From: Convolutriloba macropyga
Lineage: Eukaryota
Assembly (NCBI RefSeq): GCF_964194025.1
Contig: NC_134470.1
Coordinates: 65,038,001-65,102,000, forward strand
Length of the DNA stretch: 64,000 bases
Direction: 5' to 3'
This document shows positions 11,971 through 23,954 of the stretch, piece after piece. Every line of letters begins with the position of its first letter. Within the stretch, counting starts at the first letter, position 1. A program made the translations under genes and the position numbers. The notes beneath the pieces are model-generated. The model saw nothing but the letters and a program-made list of their open reading frames with translations. It ran no database searches and had not been told where the DNA came from.

Positions 11971-13026
11971 TTAAAACAACTCATCTTGTGTGGCCTGAAC
12001 ACTGTTCTTGCTCGACTGAACGGCAGCTTGAAATCTGGGAAAAGAATCTCGTTCCATGAGTTTGAACACGTGATCCAGTGCTTTGTCAAAACACGTTCTA
12101 TTCGGCTTACGAATTATGCTATTGGCAATTTCAAGCTTGATTTTGATGTCAACGTTTAACTCCATTGGTGAATCTTCATTGAAATATAATCCATACATTT
12201 CTATGACTCGCTTCACAAAAGATTTTCCGCTGAGCTGTTTCAGTCTCTGACAATCAAGCCAAAATTTCAAATTTTCTGTTGAGCATTCACTTTCAAGGTG
12301 TTGTTGAAACTGTTTCAAGCCTTCACTGTGGTTAAGAGTTAAAAGCAACGATGAACTCCAGTCTTGACAGCTGTCAATCAAATTTCTATTCACACCTGCT
12401 GTCACGTTTTCGATTTGGTCAGAAAATGGTTTCACGCTTAAGCTTTTGCTTTTTCCAACTGATTTCTGCAAAGATTTGGTAACGTGAGAAAATCGAAGGA
12501 GAATTGATTCGTGGAACTTTGTCTTCGAAATGGGTTTAACTGGGGTCGAGAATTCGGGTTGCCGTTCGTCGCTCGATAACTGCTCGAATGGTTGCAAATC
12601 ATCACCACTGCTTTCATCTTCAGACGAATGTTCTGGTTTCGAATGGTCGCTTTCCACAGAATAACTGCTGTTACTTTTGCCGAAATCGATTCTGTTGTCG
12701 GGCATTGCAGAGTAATCGCGTACATTTTCCTGGCAGGTCGCTTCGTTGCCTTCTTTTAAGTCAGTTGTTCCTGGTTCTTCTGTAATTATTGATGTATCTT
12801 TGAAGTGAGACATTTGTTTGGTATCAAAATGAGAGTTAGAGTCGTCGGTAATGAGAGAAGCAGCCCACCTGGACCCAGCGAGTGCTGGCCTGGAATCGGA
12901 GATTGAGGTGTCAAAGGAAGCATCGATACTGGAGTCGGAAAGATCAAAGATACTACAGAATTCTTCGTTATCGAAAAGTGCCGACCATCGGCCAATGCCT
13001 TTGTTGTGCGCCATCATACGAGGCAT
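11971..13026 (-). CDS. Regulator of G-protein signalling (RGS-domain) protein, 351 aa, single ORF
   Basis: C-terminal RGS box motifs: GLKQFQQHLESECSTENLKFW, DSPMELNVD, CFDKALDHVFKLMERDSFPRF. The N-terminus is acidic and Ser-rich. Confidence 0.92.
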   Translation of the reverse strand: MPRMMAHNKGIGRWSALFDNEEFCSIFDLSDSSIDASFDTSISDSRPALAGSRWAASLITDDSNSHFDTKQMSHFKDTSIITEEPGTTDLKEGNEATCQENVRDYSAMPDNRIDFGKSNSSYSVESDHSKPEHSSEDESSGDDLQPFEQLSSDERQPEFSTPVKPISKTKFHESILLRFSHVTKSLQKSVGKSKSLSVKPFSDQIENVTAGVNRNLIDSCQDWSSSLLLTLNHSEGLKQFQQHLESECSTENLKFWLDCQRLKQLSGKSFVKRVIEMYGLYFNEDSPMELNVDIKIKLEIANSIIRKPNRTCFDKALDHVFKLMERDSFPRFQAAVQSSKNSVQATQDELF

Positions 13027-14672
13027 GTTCTCAGCTCAAAGTTTGTTCGAAACGCGAGAGTAAGATAAAAATCAATGATAAAAGAACGAACGAAAGATTT
13101 GTGAATTCAAGGTCAGACAAGATGTCTAATTTTTGACTAATCTGACTATAATCAGGAAACTAAACGCGTTTGAGCAAATACAAATTTGTCAATTGATTAG
13201 TGAAAATTTGATCAAATTTTGGTAAAATAATTGAGATTGTAGAATTTAATTACAAAATTGGTTCGTTTTCTGATCCCAGCAGGAAAATTCAGCGGGAATT
13301 CTGATAGCTTTGAGACGATCGAATTTGTGCAATTTAATTAATCGGCCAAGTTTTTGCAAGTTAGTGCGAAGTCTATTAATAATTACTGAGATTGGAAAAT
13401 GATTTTGAAAACAGGGAAATTTCGGAGTCATATTTAGCGTGTGCCTCTTCAATTTACGGATCATACTGAGTTAATTAGTTAATGAAGTTTACTAGTTAGT
13501 TGGGGTAAACGGAAGTTTTAAGGGCGTGCTGTGAAAGGAAATCAACAAATAAAAAGCGTCCACTCTATCGCAGCTATAAAACAGGACTCAAATTAATTTG
13601 AATGAATTGAATGCGTGAAGCACACGCTGGTATAATGTTCACATCAGGCAGACAAAGTTTCTTAGTTTCACGGTTTTTGATAATGAAGATGAGATTAAAA
13701 GAAATTAAGTGACACTGGGGTATGCACGTTTTGATGCAAAGTTTCTTCAATTTTTTGTATCGGTCACTTATATGATTTTAAAAAGTTTTTTTTCTGTTAG
13801 TCCAACTTTGCAGTAATGAAAAATTAGTTCACCTTTGTCAACCATTCATCAAAATATTCTATAAATTGCAGTTTTGTTAGTCAAAATGAGGATGAAAATT
13901 TTCCCTGCAGAAATAGTCACAGCTATTTTGAGGTTAATACTAAAGCACGTTAATAAATTTTGAACGGACGTTGAAATCTGCGGTAAAGTAAGAGTTGAAG
14001 CTGAAGAAAGGAGAATATAAAAGCCACAGTTCAATAGCAGCAATAAAATTGAATGAAATTCAAAATTTTTTCTTAAAATTAGTTACTAAGCAAACTTGGT
14101 ATGTGGATTGGAACAGCTCACACATTAGATCTTTTAAAAACGGGGAACGGATGTTGCTGCAGTCAATATTTCAGGGTCATGTCTGGAAAATATGAACAAT
14201 ATTTAATAGATGAAGATATCTTAAACACTCACATTATAGGGAGTATATGATTATTTGTGATAACGTTATTGAAACAATCATAAGGTCATATAGATACTTC
14301 ATATATGTATTAATCATTCAGGATTGGAAATGTACAGCAAAGTAACTATCTATAAATAAATAGATTAAATGTGTGAAAACATTTTACACCATTTTTTAAA
14401 ATATCCAAAAAGTTGTTGATTCCCTAATCGACTGTGACGATTGACATGATCTGTCGTTGAAAACATTTCCCTCTTCCCCCGATAGATTATTACCCTCTAC
14501 AGCATTCACAATTTCTTTTAAAAATCTGTAAAATGATATATTAGAATTGTAATTGCTGCTATGCTGCCACCTGTTTTTAGGCTATACAGTTCATAATCAG
14601 AGCGAAATCACGGCATGGGTTACTCCAAATAAGCTAAGAAGATCAAAATAATTTTGATCACCAGGATGAGGT

Positions 14673-14697
14673 GGGGGGGGGGGGGGGGGGGGGGGGG
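14673..14697 (+). repeat. G25 homopolymer
   Basis: 25 consecutive G. Confidence 0.9.
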
Positions 14698-14733
14698 TGG
14701 TTGCAGAAAGATTGTCATCGCGAGCAACCCTCG

Positions 14734-15111
14734 CTATACTTTTGAGATTTCAGAGTTTGTTTGATCGCTGCTTATTGTAAACCTAACGCTGTGCTGGATT
14801 TGGTTTCGGTGCTTCTGTTGTTCTCTTTCGTCCGATTCTGTAGTTTGTTGACTTCTTTGACTGTCAACAAAATCTTGACTATCAGCATCGTTTTCATGAG
14901 TAATAGTTTGTTGATTAGGTTCTGCTTGCTTTTCTACTGAAAGACCGGAGCTCGACTTTTTGGTCAAATGAATAGTTGAGTTTTCAAATTCTTTTTTCCT
15001 CTTTTTCTTCGATTGGCGCCAACTGAGGATACAAAAATACAATGCGGATGCAACGACTGTTGAAATGACAAAAGCAAGAATTAGTCCACCGATTAGTTTT
15101 TTGTTCACCAT
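14734..15111 (-). CDS. Orphan single-pass membrane protein, 125 aa
   Basis: ATG in ACAATGG context; hydrophobic segment LIGGLILAFVISTVVASALYFCIL followed by a basic cluster RQSKKKRKK; polar S/Q/E-rich tail. No family recognised. Confidence 0.65.
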   Translation of the reverse strand: MVNKKLIGGLILAFVISTVVASALYFCILSWRQSKKKRKKEFENSTIHLTKKSSSGLSVEKQAEPNQQTITHENDADSQDFVDSQRSQQTTESDEREQQKHRNQIQHSVRFTISSDQTNSEISKV

Positions 15112-15701
15112 TGTTGAGAAAAAAGAAGTTGTTTTTTGTGTGTTGTAATCAGATGACAGACGTGAAGAGAATTTAGCGGCTTAATAACGTGTGAAAACGT
15201 TTGTTGAAGAAGGAAGCTTTTTATGCTGATAAGATACAGTTAAACACACTAAATATGAGATGGAAAAATTACTTGGCAAAATTTGAGAAATTTTCCGACC
15301 TTTCCTTTAATGATCTTTTTATAGAAATATTTTGAATTAATAGTTGGGAGAAGTTGATGCTACAGGTTAAGGTATTTAGAGTAAAGTTTTGTTTAGAAAA
15401 CACATTAAGTTCAATAAATTCAGATACATCAATTTTTAGATTTATTCTGTTTACCCCTCTCCCCAGTGTTTTTTGTGCCCCGATTACAATGTATGCATTG
15501 TTATATAACACGTTACTATGTAAAAAAATAGCAGGTGTGCCAGGGGGCGTAAAAATTAAATGACCGCTAAGTTGCAGGGTGGGAGGAACAGAATAGTTTT
15601 TTTTACTGAAGCCGTAATATTTATCCATCACAATATCAGACTCTGACATAGATGTCAGTGACACAGAATATCCCATAGTCACATTTTTCCAGAGCAAGGT
15701 T

Positions 15702-16117
15702 TCATTGCGCACCTACTTTTCTCACTTTTCGTTCGAGACAGTATTTCCCAACCCTTGTCCAGATTTCTATTCCCAAGTTTGCAATTAGCTGCAGGAACTC
15801 TGCTGCTAGGAGGAGGCTCCCTCCGAGGAATAGTCCGAACAGACCCCCAACACCACTGGCGATGGAGAATAGCTCATATTTGGGGAGGAGGGTGGTGGAA
15901 GCTTCGGTGAAAGATCCGCCCATCCGAAGAGTCAGTTCAACCAGATTTCGTCTCATGTATTCGAATGTCATATTAGCCGATTCGAAAGACGTGTTCCGCT
16001 GATGTATCAAATTGCTGATTTTCTTGTATGAATCATAAGAGGGAAATTTCGTCCAGGTCTTCTCAAAGTTGTATTTAGTCCAGCTGCACTGTGGCTTGCA
16101 TTTCTGATTGCAGGATT
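15702..16117 (-). CDS. DEG/ENaC channel, coding exon 7 (thumb end, TM2, stop)
   Basis: Acceptor CTTCTTTTGCAG, phase 1. Encodes CNQKCKPQC..Y, FPS, RRNLVEL and TM2 SGVGGLFGLFLGGSLLLAAEF. AATAAA on the minus strand at 15441-15446. Confidence 0.9.
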
Positions 16118-19100
16118 CTGCAAAAGAAGCACAACGGTGCTCGTTAGAAAAAGTTAGGGTGCTCGTTGATACAAAACACATCAATATAACAGTTTGTTAT
16201 AATTCAGATAAAACTATAGAAATTAAAACTCTGGGAATTCATGCTGAGCTTGTTTTTACGATAACTTCTACAAAACGTTTGATTATAGTTACTCCTAAAG
16301 TTTTGAAATTGATATGACTGATTTTTTTTTGTCTCTATAACGTAATTTATCTTCCGTTTAATTCAAAAAAAAGCTTTGAGTACCGTAGTCAACAACTTGG
16401 AGTGTATTATGTTTTTACTTATAGTAGTCTTTATGTAAGCCGCTAAAGGCCACAAAAATTGATGGATAATAAAATTTCAGGTTTCGGAGACAATTTTCCA
16501 AAATTTAAGATGACAGTTTTGTGTTTTGCAATATATATTTTGATTTTTGGCGTTAGCATATTCAAAACAAAGTTATGATTTCTTAACTCCCTTCAATTTT
16601 CCTTCATTTTACTAGTAATGTTTTCCTTTACGTATTTTTTGCGAGTAAAAAAAGCTGTTTTTGTGAATTCCCAAATTCTTTTTTTTGTCTGAATTCTGTT
16701 ATTTGTTTGGCCTTGAAATCCAAAAAAATCGCTTGGCTCAAAATTTTGTTGTAGTATAACTGTTTATGCTAGTAGCACATGACTTTTGGGGACAAAGTTG
16801 CCATGTTATTTCGGTTATTTCGTGAGTAGACAAAATGTTCTCCGGTTAAAGTCTACCTTTTCTGATCGTGAAACCGGCTTGCAGCAGATTAGTCTGATGT
16901 TGCTTAAACTGGAGCTAGAAGTAGGGTTAAGCAGTGGTTTGTGTTCATTTAAACAAACAAATTTACAGAGACAATTAACTAATTAATCAGTAGCGTTTGT
17001 AATAGAAACAAATATAAACATGAAGATATTGATACCCAGACTCAGTGTTTCTGTTAGCTTCGAAATAATGTTGACAGAAATAAAAAGTAAAGTTATATCT
17101 GAAATTTTGTAGCCAACCCCGAAAGTTTGAGATATTTTTGCCAGAATTAACCGAATTTAAAACGAAATCAATTAAAATGTGAAAAATTAAAATATGGGGG
17201 AGAAATTGGAGCAATGTCTTACTCTCCCTTTTCCAAACTTTGTCAAGACTTTTCAAAAAAATTTTGCTAAAGAAATATTTTCATAATCCTTCAGGTCCAA
17301 TCCTATGAAAAGTTCTCTCGTGGCAGAGTGTTTATTAAAAAATATGGAAAAACTTTACTGGGAATTCCTACCACCATTGCTAATTTTTGAAATTAGTTCA
17401 GTTAAGGAAAAATTGACGCCGGGAAGGATGCCAGCTGCTTATCATATTGTTCTGTTCTCACTAATGGGGGATCTTTATACCCCTGACGAATATTTGTATT
17501 ACCCATACTATGATCATTCATAATTCCACATGAAACAAAAAAATTCTTAATCAGATATTAAGGTCTACGATTCTTAAGCCCTATGAGTGATGTTTATATA
17601 ATTAGAAAGAAAAATATATTTTCTTTGTATGATAAGTAAGAGCCGTATATGATCTTTAATGGGCTGTTAGAATTCATATTTTTAAATTCTGCTCTCTGAT
17701 GTTTTTTCTATATAGTTGGTGCTGCATTGTATCACCGATGCAACGCTATGTAGCGCTCGCAAAATGCTGCAAAAATTGTTAGAAATGACAGTTAACAGCA
17801 ATTGCGTTGTTGTGCAATAGTTAGAAAATTAGTATTTGTCTGTTGTTTTCAGCTATTTGGAATACAGGCATACTGCAAATAATCACATAAAGGAAAAAAA
17901 AACAAACAAAGTTGACGTGTCGATGTGCTGGCATCGATTTATTATAGAAAACAACATTATTCGTTCCTTTTTTTAAAAAAAATAAAATTGCTAAATTTCA
18001 TGAGACAAAAAAATTTTGCGAACTGCCTTATTTCGTTATACAAACTGTATTTCTATTTTGTTTACGTAAAAATTCCATAAATGACTAGGTATTAGTTGCC
18101 AGAAAACAATTTTTTTGGTATCAAGAAAATTTAGATTCTTATGATCCATCTTCTGCAAAGATTTCATCAAGGATATAATAATGTCCTATAAGATTCATTT
18201 AAACTATGTAATGTTTAGTATGATTATCAAAAAGCTTTTAGAGGATATTTTGCTAGTCATTGAGAAATAGAGGTTGAGAATTTTTTCAACAGGGAGCTAC
18301 TTTCACAACCATTTCAATCATTTGAGGCAATTGCTTTAAAATTAGCAAGTTTGGCTACATTATATTTATTTGTTTATATTTTTATTTGAAGATTGCAAAA
18401 TATTGATTAATTATATCATATGAAAAAATATTTAAAAAATTCTGTGTTAAATTTCGGTGCTTTTAGTTTTTATATCAGATAACAGAAAATCATTATAATT
18501 TCATATCAAGACGTTTTTCAATTATAATGGAAGCACTTATTTACGATTTCAATTTTTTTACATTGATCAAAAGCAGATGGGTAATGTTCCTTCAGCCTAA
18601 TCGTCTCTAGTTTTCTCTTATTTTCCCAAGACATGGGAATTTTGTGAACACAGAGAAAGCAACCATCAATTGAAACGGTGGAAATTGTTTAAAATTATCA
18701 TAAAATGAATAGTGTTCCAAATTATCTAACTCTCCATCTATTAATCTAATTTTTTTGTCAATTCTGTCTCAGTTGTCTTTAAGGATATTATTTGCCAAGA
18801 AATTTATGGGTTTCTTGCGTGCGTCCAGAGATTCAATGATTGGATTTGATGGCTGCTTGCTTTCAATGAGCAAGCTATCCGTCTTCATTCGAGTTGCGTG
18901 ATTAAAATTTTAGTCAAAATTCACTTAAGATAATGTCAAATTATAATGTCGAATGTCAGAACGCGTGTAGAGCTCTGATAATTGTTCGGTCAAGAAGTTA
19001 ACAACAAAAAAATGATATGTAAACTTTTCTTCAATAGTTTTGCGTGTATTAAAGGAAGATCGTTGAAAATTTTGCTGCTATAATCTTAAAACTTGGAATT

Positions 19101-19571
19101 CATTTTAAGACCGTTTTTATATTTCTTTTGAAAAATCTAATTGAAAGAAGATCAATGACATAATCTAAAGATTTCTTGTTTACGTAGGCACTTTTTTGAA
19201 TTGCTAAACAATTTTGAAGCCACCTGGATTGAAAAATCTAATGCGCTTAGAGGTTTGAGATAATCCTTTTGGTAATTTTGTTACTAGAAAAATGCCACTT
19301 TTGTGGCAGCGAAAAGAAGCCGCGACAGGTACAAACGTTTAAGAAATTTCATTTAAATTTACGCTTCCTTTGAACAGGACGCATGTATTTTGCTGTTGTT
19401 TCTCCATGGCCTGAACAATTGGAAACAAAGTTTAATATGACAGTTTTTGTTCAATGACATGATAAGCTTAGATAAAAAGCAAACAAATTTCACCAATAGT
19501 GTTATTGAAATGCTGAAAAATCCATGTGTTTTTATACATTTAGTTTTTTTTAAATTTTTTGAGCGTTGTGT

Positions 19572-19725
19572 NNNNNNNNNNNNNNNNNNNNNNNNNNNNN
19601 NNNNNNNNNNNNNNNNNNNNNNNNNNNNNNNNNNNNNNNNNNNNNNNNNNNNNNNNNNNNNNNNNNNNNNNNNNNNNNNNNNNNNNNNNNNNNNNNNNNN
19701 NNNNNNNNNNNNNNNNNNNNNNNNN
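19572..19725. other. Assembly gap
   Basis: Run of N. Confidence 1.
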
Positions 19726-20311
19726 AAAAAAATATTTTAAAAACATCACATTAATTAAAATTCCACCATTTATTTATATAATAGACTAGGGGTTTGAAAA
19801 ATTGTGCTTAATGGAAAATTTGTTTTGTGTAGGGCTGTATTTTATTATCTGTCGTTTAGAACTGATGCTCATTTCCTCTTTTTTTCTCACTTTGCCGTTC
19901 TTTTTTGTATCACAATATTATATCATTGGTTTACTTTGTCATAAATTTTGTAGAAATTATTTTGGTACGTTATTTTGCTTTATTTAATCCGCTTTTAGAT
20001 TTTGCCCCTGGCTAAAATTTGAGAATTTGAGTTTTTCCGGCACTTTACTCTTCCATTTTCTTATTTCATTGCCACTTCTATGTCTTACCAAAGTTTTCAA
20101 TGGTGCATCAAAAAGTTGATTTTTTTGCATTAAAATTTTAGTTTCTTATTGGAATTACTGGAATCAGTGTCCGTAGAAAATCAATTTTACTGGTTCACAT
20201 TGAGAACTACCAACATTGAAAAAAACTATCGATTTTATCATTTTTTATGTTGGAAATATCTGTTGTCAGCATTGGATACTTCTCACTCTTTCACTGGAGA
20301 TGATCTGTTTG

Positions 20312-20648
20312 ATGTCAGGACAATATACCCAATGCCATTATACCCAATGCATTTTGATATTTTTGTTCATTAATCCGACTACCTATTGGCAGTCGATATT
20401 ACATGTATGTTTTAACGTACTTAATGGCTGTGGCCATGCCTCAGCGGCCTGCGGGACTTGATATGAAAATATCACTACTAAACATGGGATTAGATAATCT
20501 ACTTGAGTATATTAACAAAATACATTTAATAGCGGCGGCTAATTTGTAGTCGGATTATTGAACGAAATTATTAAAGTTTATTGGGTATAATGGCCTTGGG
20601 TATAGTGGCATTGGGTATAATGACATTGGGTATAATGTCATGTAGCTT
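20312..20648. mobile_element. MITE with 15-bp subterminal repeats, Mutator-like
   Basis: TATACCCAATG repeats at left and inverted TTGGGTATA repeats at right; flanking 9-bp direct repeat ATCTGTTTG (20303-20311 and 20649-20657). Confidence 0.7.
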
Positions 20649-21331
20649 ATCTGTTTGTTGTCTTGTGAGATAAATCTCATTTGCTAAGTCTCAAAGTGCA
20701 GAGAATCACATCATGTGATAATTTCTGTACTCTTATTTGAAAAAAGTGAGCACATTCTGCCGTTGAGGAGTCGAGACAATTGTATACTCTTTGACCAATT
20801 GTGGCAATCATTCTAATCCTTTTTTCGTAATTATTGACTACCATACAAGTTTTTATGTGGTTCGCATGATATTTTAAATGATATTTCATAGTTTTTGTTT
20901 CAGAATTTTTTAAACAACTATAAATAATCCAACCGTTACGCTTTGAAGGTCACAGAAAAACGAAATCGGTTAGGTGGTTTGACGAGATAGTGACACTTTG
21001 CCAATATTACAGAGAAATGAATCTTCAAATGCTTGATAAGATTTCTTATTTAAGTCTTGCATGAACTTGCCAATTGCTAGAATTTGTTTCAAAATTAGGC
21101 ATTTAACCGAGTTCTTATCAAAACATGTCAAGATTTTGACCAGCATATCAAGTTTTGTCACAAGGAATAAGATATCTCAAGATAACGGCTCAAGACCTGC
21201 TAAGTAGGTTGTTTTTTATAGAGTGGCACAATTTTTTCACAATACTCATAACCTGCTTGAGAACAATTTATTATTATTATTATTCTTATACTCACCTGTC
21301 AAGTGTGTTGTTTCTTTTCAACGTACTATTA

Positions 21332-23100
21332 CCCGGGTCGAGGTGTCACCGCCATTGAACGCAAAAATATGTAAGATAAGTGGTGAATGCGGAAAATTTT
21401 GTAAGATAAGCGGTGAATGCGGTGAAATTACGTAAATCAGGCGGTGAATGCGGTGAAAAAGACCTTAATCGCCTGGTAGCGTTGAAATTATGTGAGAACA
21501 ACAGTGAATGCGGTGAAATTACATAAATTCACTGCTTAACTTAATGGTGAACTTACATAAGTTCACCGCTTAGAAAAAAGTTTTAAAATTGTACACAGCT
21601 GTGAAAAGACCAGCAGTGAAAGCGGTGAAATTACATGAAATCACCGCTTTCTTCAGTGGTGAAATTACACAGACTCACAGTTTGGAAAAAAAGTGTTAAA
21701 ATTGTGTTAAAACAGCTTTGAATACGGTGAAATTATATAAATTCACCGCTTAACTTAGTGGTGAGTTTACATAAATTCACCGCTTGGGAAAAAGTGTTAA
21801 AATTTTGTGAGAACAACAGTGAATGCGGTGAAATTACATGAACTCACCGCTTAACTTAATGGTGAACTTACATAAATTCACCGCTTAGAAAAAAGTGGTA
21901 AAATTGTACACGGCTGTGAAATGAACAGCAGTGAAAGCGGTGAAATTACATGGAATCACCGCTTTCTTCAGTGGTGAAATTACACAGACTCACAGTTTGG
22001 AAAAAAAGTGTTAAAATTGTGTCAAAACAGCTTTGAATGCGGTGAAATTATATAAATTCACCGCTTTAGACAATAGTGGTAAAATTGTGTGAGAACCGCA
22101 GTGAAAACGGTGAAATTACATAAATTCACCGCTTGTTTTAATGGTGAAACTACACAGACTCAGCGCTTGGAAGAAATTGTTAAAATTGTGTGAAAACAGC
22201 AGTGAATGCGGTGAAAATACAAATATTCAACGCTTGTTTTAGTGGTTAAATTACACAACCTCGCCGTTTGGAAAAAACTGTTATAATTGCACGAAAACAG
22301 CAGCGAATGCTGTGAAATTATGTATATTATTTATAAGTTTGTTTGTTACTTTCTTCAGCGCGATAACCCCCCGCCCTTGTTTGTGACCCCTTCGCGCAGC
22401 ACTATACCCCAGCCTTCTCTGTGACCCCTTTGTTGTGCATTTAGATGTTCATTTATATGTTTGCTTGTTTCTTTCTTCAGCGCGTTAACCCCCCGCCCTT
22501 GTTTGTGACCCCTTCGCGCAGCGCGATAACCCCCGCCCTTGTTTGTGACCCTTTCGCGCATTAGTCTTAGCTATTTAGGGTCTTTGTTTTTTTCTTTGGC
22601 GGCTATGTCAGGTGCGCTCCTTATGGAGCACAGTAATGCGCCGGCTCTTGTCATCAAAGAAGCTAAAAAGGCGCATGCAAAAGCTAAGACAAGTTTACTG
22701 CAGCAAAAATCTGAACGCAAAAAATCGGAAAAATATGTAAGATAAGCGGTGAAAAGTTTTTTTCACCGCAAATTTCTTACATAATTTTGCTGTGAAATGC
22801 GGTGAATGCGGTGAAACTATGTGAGATCACCGCTAGAGTAAGCGGTGATTTTACAAAAGTTCATCACAATTCACTGCTAAAATATGTAATTTCACCGCTT
22901 AATATTAGCGGTGAAATTACATATTTTAGCAGTGAATTGTGGTGAATTTTTGTAAGATCACCGCTTACTCTAGCGGCGATCTTACATAATTTCACCGAAT
23001 TCACTGCATTTCACCGCAAAATTATGTACAAAATTTCCGGTGAAAAAATAACTTTTCACCGCTTATCTTACATATTTTTCCAATTTTTTCTCGACTCGGG
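21332..23100. mobile_element. Non-autonomous TIR DNA transposon, family B, long copy
   Basis: Termini CCCGGGTCGAG / CTCGACTCGGG, TSD TA, tandem GCGGTGAA-N10-TTCACCGC units, and a ~355-bp palindrome at 22727-23081. Confidence 0.85.
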
Positions 23101-23170
23101 TAACATACGAGAATATTTCTATTATTTCCCTATCGACAAGATGTATCAAAGTTCATTTTACTGAGCTCAC

Positions 23171-23355
23171 TGTAAATCTGGGGCATGTCAAGAGGACACA
23201 TGATGATGTTGATGGTGCTGCAGAAGACTATTGGAGTGAAGTTGTAATTGTGTCCGTTGTCAGGTACACACCCACACAGTTCGTAGTTGAAATCAATCAG
23301 ACACTCACTCACACACAATGCATGCGAGTAGCCAGCATCGTAGTATCTCAGCTGC
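23171..23355 (-). CDS. DEG/ENaC channel, coding exon 6 (Cys-rich thumb)
   Basis: QLRYYDAGYSHALCVSECLIDFNYELCGC...FCST..IMC. AAG acceptor (phase 2) and GTGAGC donor (phase 1) join both neighbouring exons in frame. Confidence 0.85.
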
Positions 23356-23954
23356 CTTAAACGATAAGAGTTGCTGGTTAAATGACGCCAAAGAATGAAC
23401 CGTTTTCAACCTTGGCGATGTTTAACATTAATTGGACCTAGAACCCATGAGCTAAAGAAGAGATTATGTTTATAAAATTCTTATATATCAGTTGGGTACT
23501 TCACCCGGGGTTGACGTGTATAAGGTTGAAATTGGTGAAAAATGTAGAAAAGGTGGGGAATATGTCACCCGTTAGTGGAACAATTTTTAAGGGCGGAGAA
23601 AACTCATTCCTATGCGGAAAATTTCCTTAAGTGAAGATTTCCAAACCCTTCAAAAACTGCTTTGTGGCAGGTTTTCATTCGTAAATTGAGCTATAAAGAA
23701 TTTCTCCTTTAAACAGACTAAACTCAGCACGCCCCCTGCCTCGGTTCAACAGCACCACATGGACTAGTAACTATTAAACATGTCAGAATAGTATCTGTAA
23801 ATCGTTTCACTTCCGAATATCGAAAGGAGCAAAAACATGACATATTGTTGAACGTGCCCCCTACATTGATTTCCCAAGTGAGACATGGTTTAAAGCTCGA
23901 CCCAAAAAGATGGAAAAAAATTGATTACAATTGTTCGAAAACACAGACTGGCTG

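Noticed and set aside
15269-15712. 147-aa ORF overlapping the channel stop
   Set aside because: GTG start, no recognisable motif, and it spans the likely 3' UTR and poly(A) signal.
19447-19789. ORFs spanning N runs (also 62590-62910)
   Set aside because: Artefacts of assembly gaps.
21296-21325. Possible extra channel exon ending at a GTGAGT donor
   Set aside because: It has an in-frame TGA in the required phase, and exon 6 joins exon 7 directly to give IYKSCNQKC.
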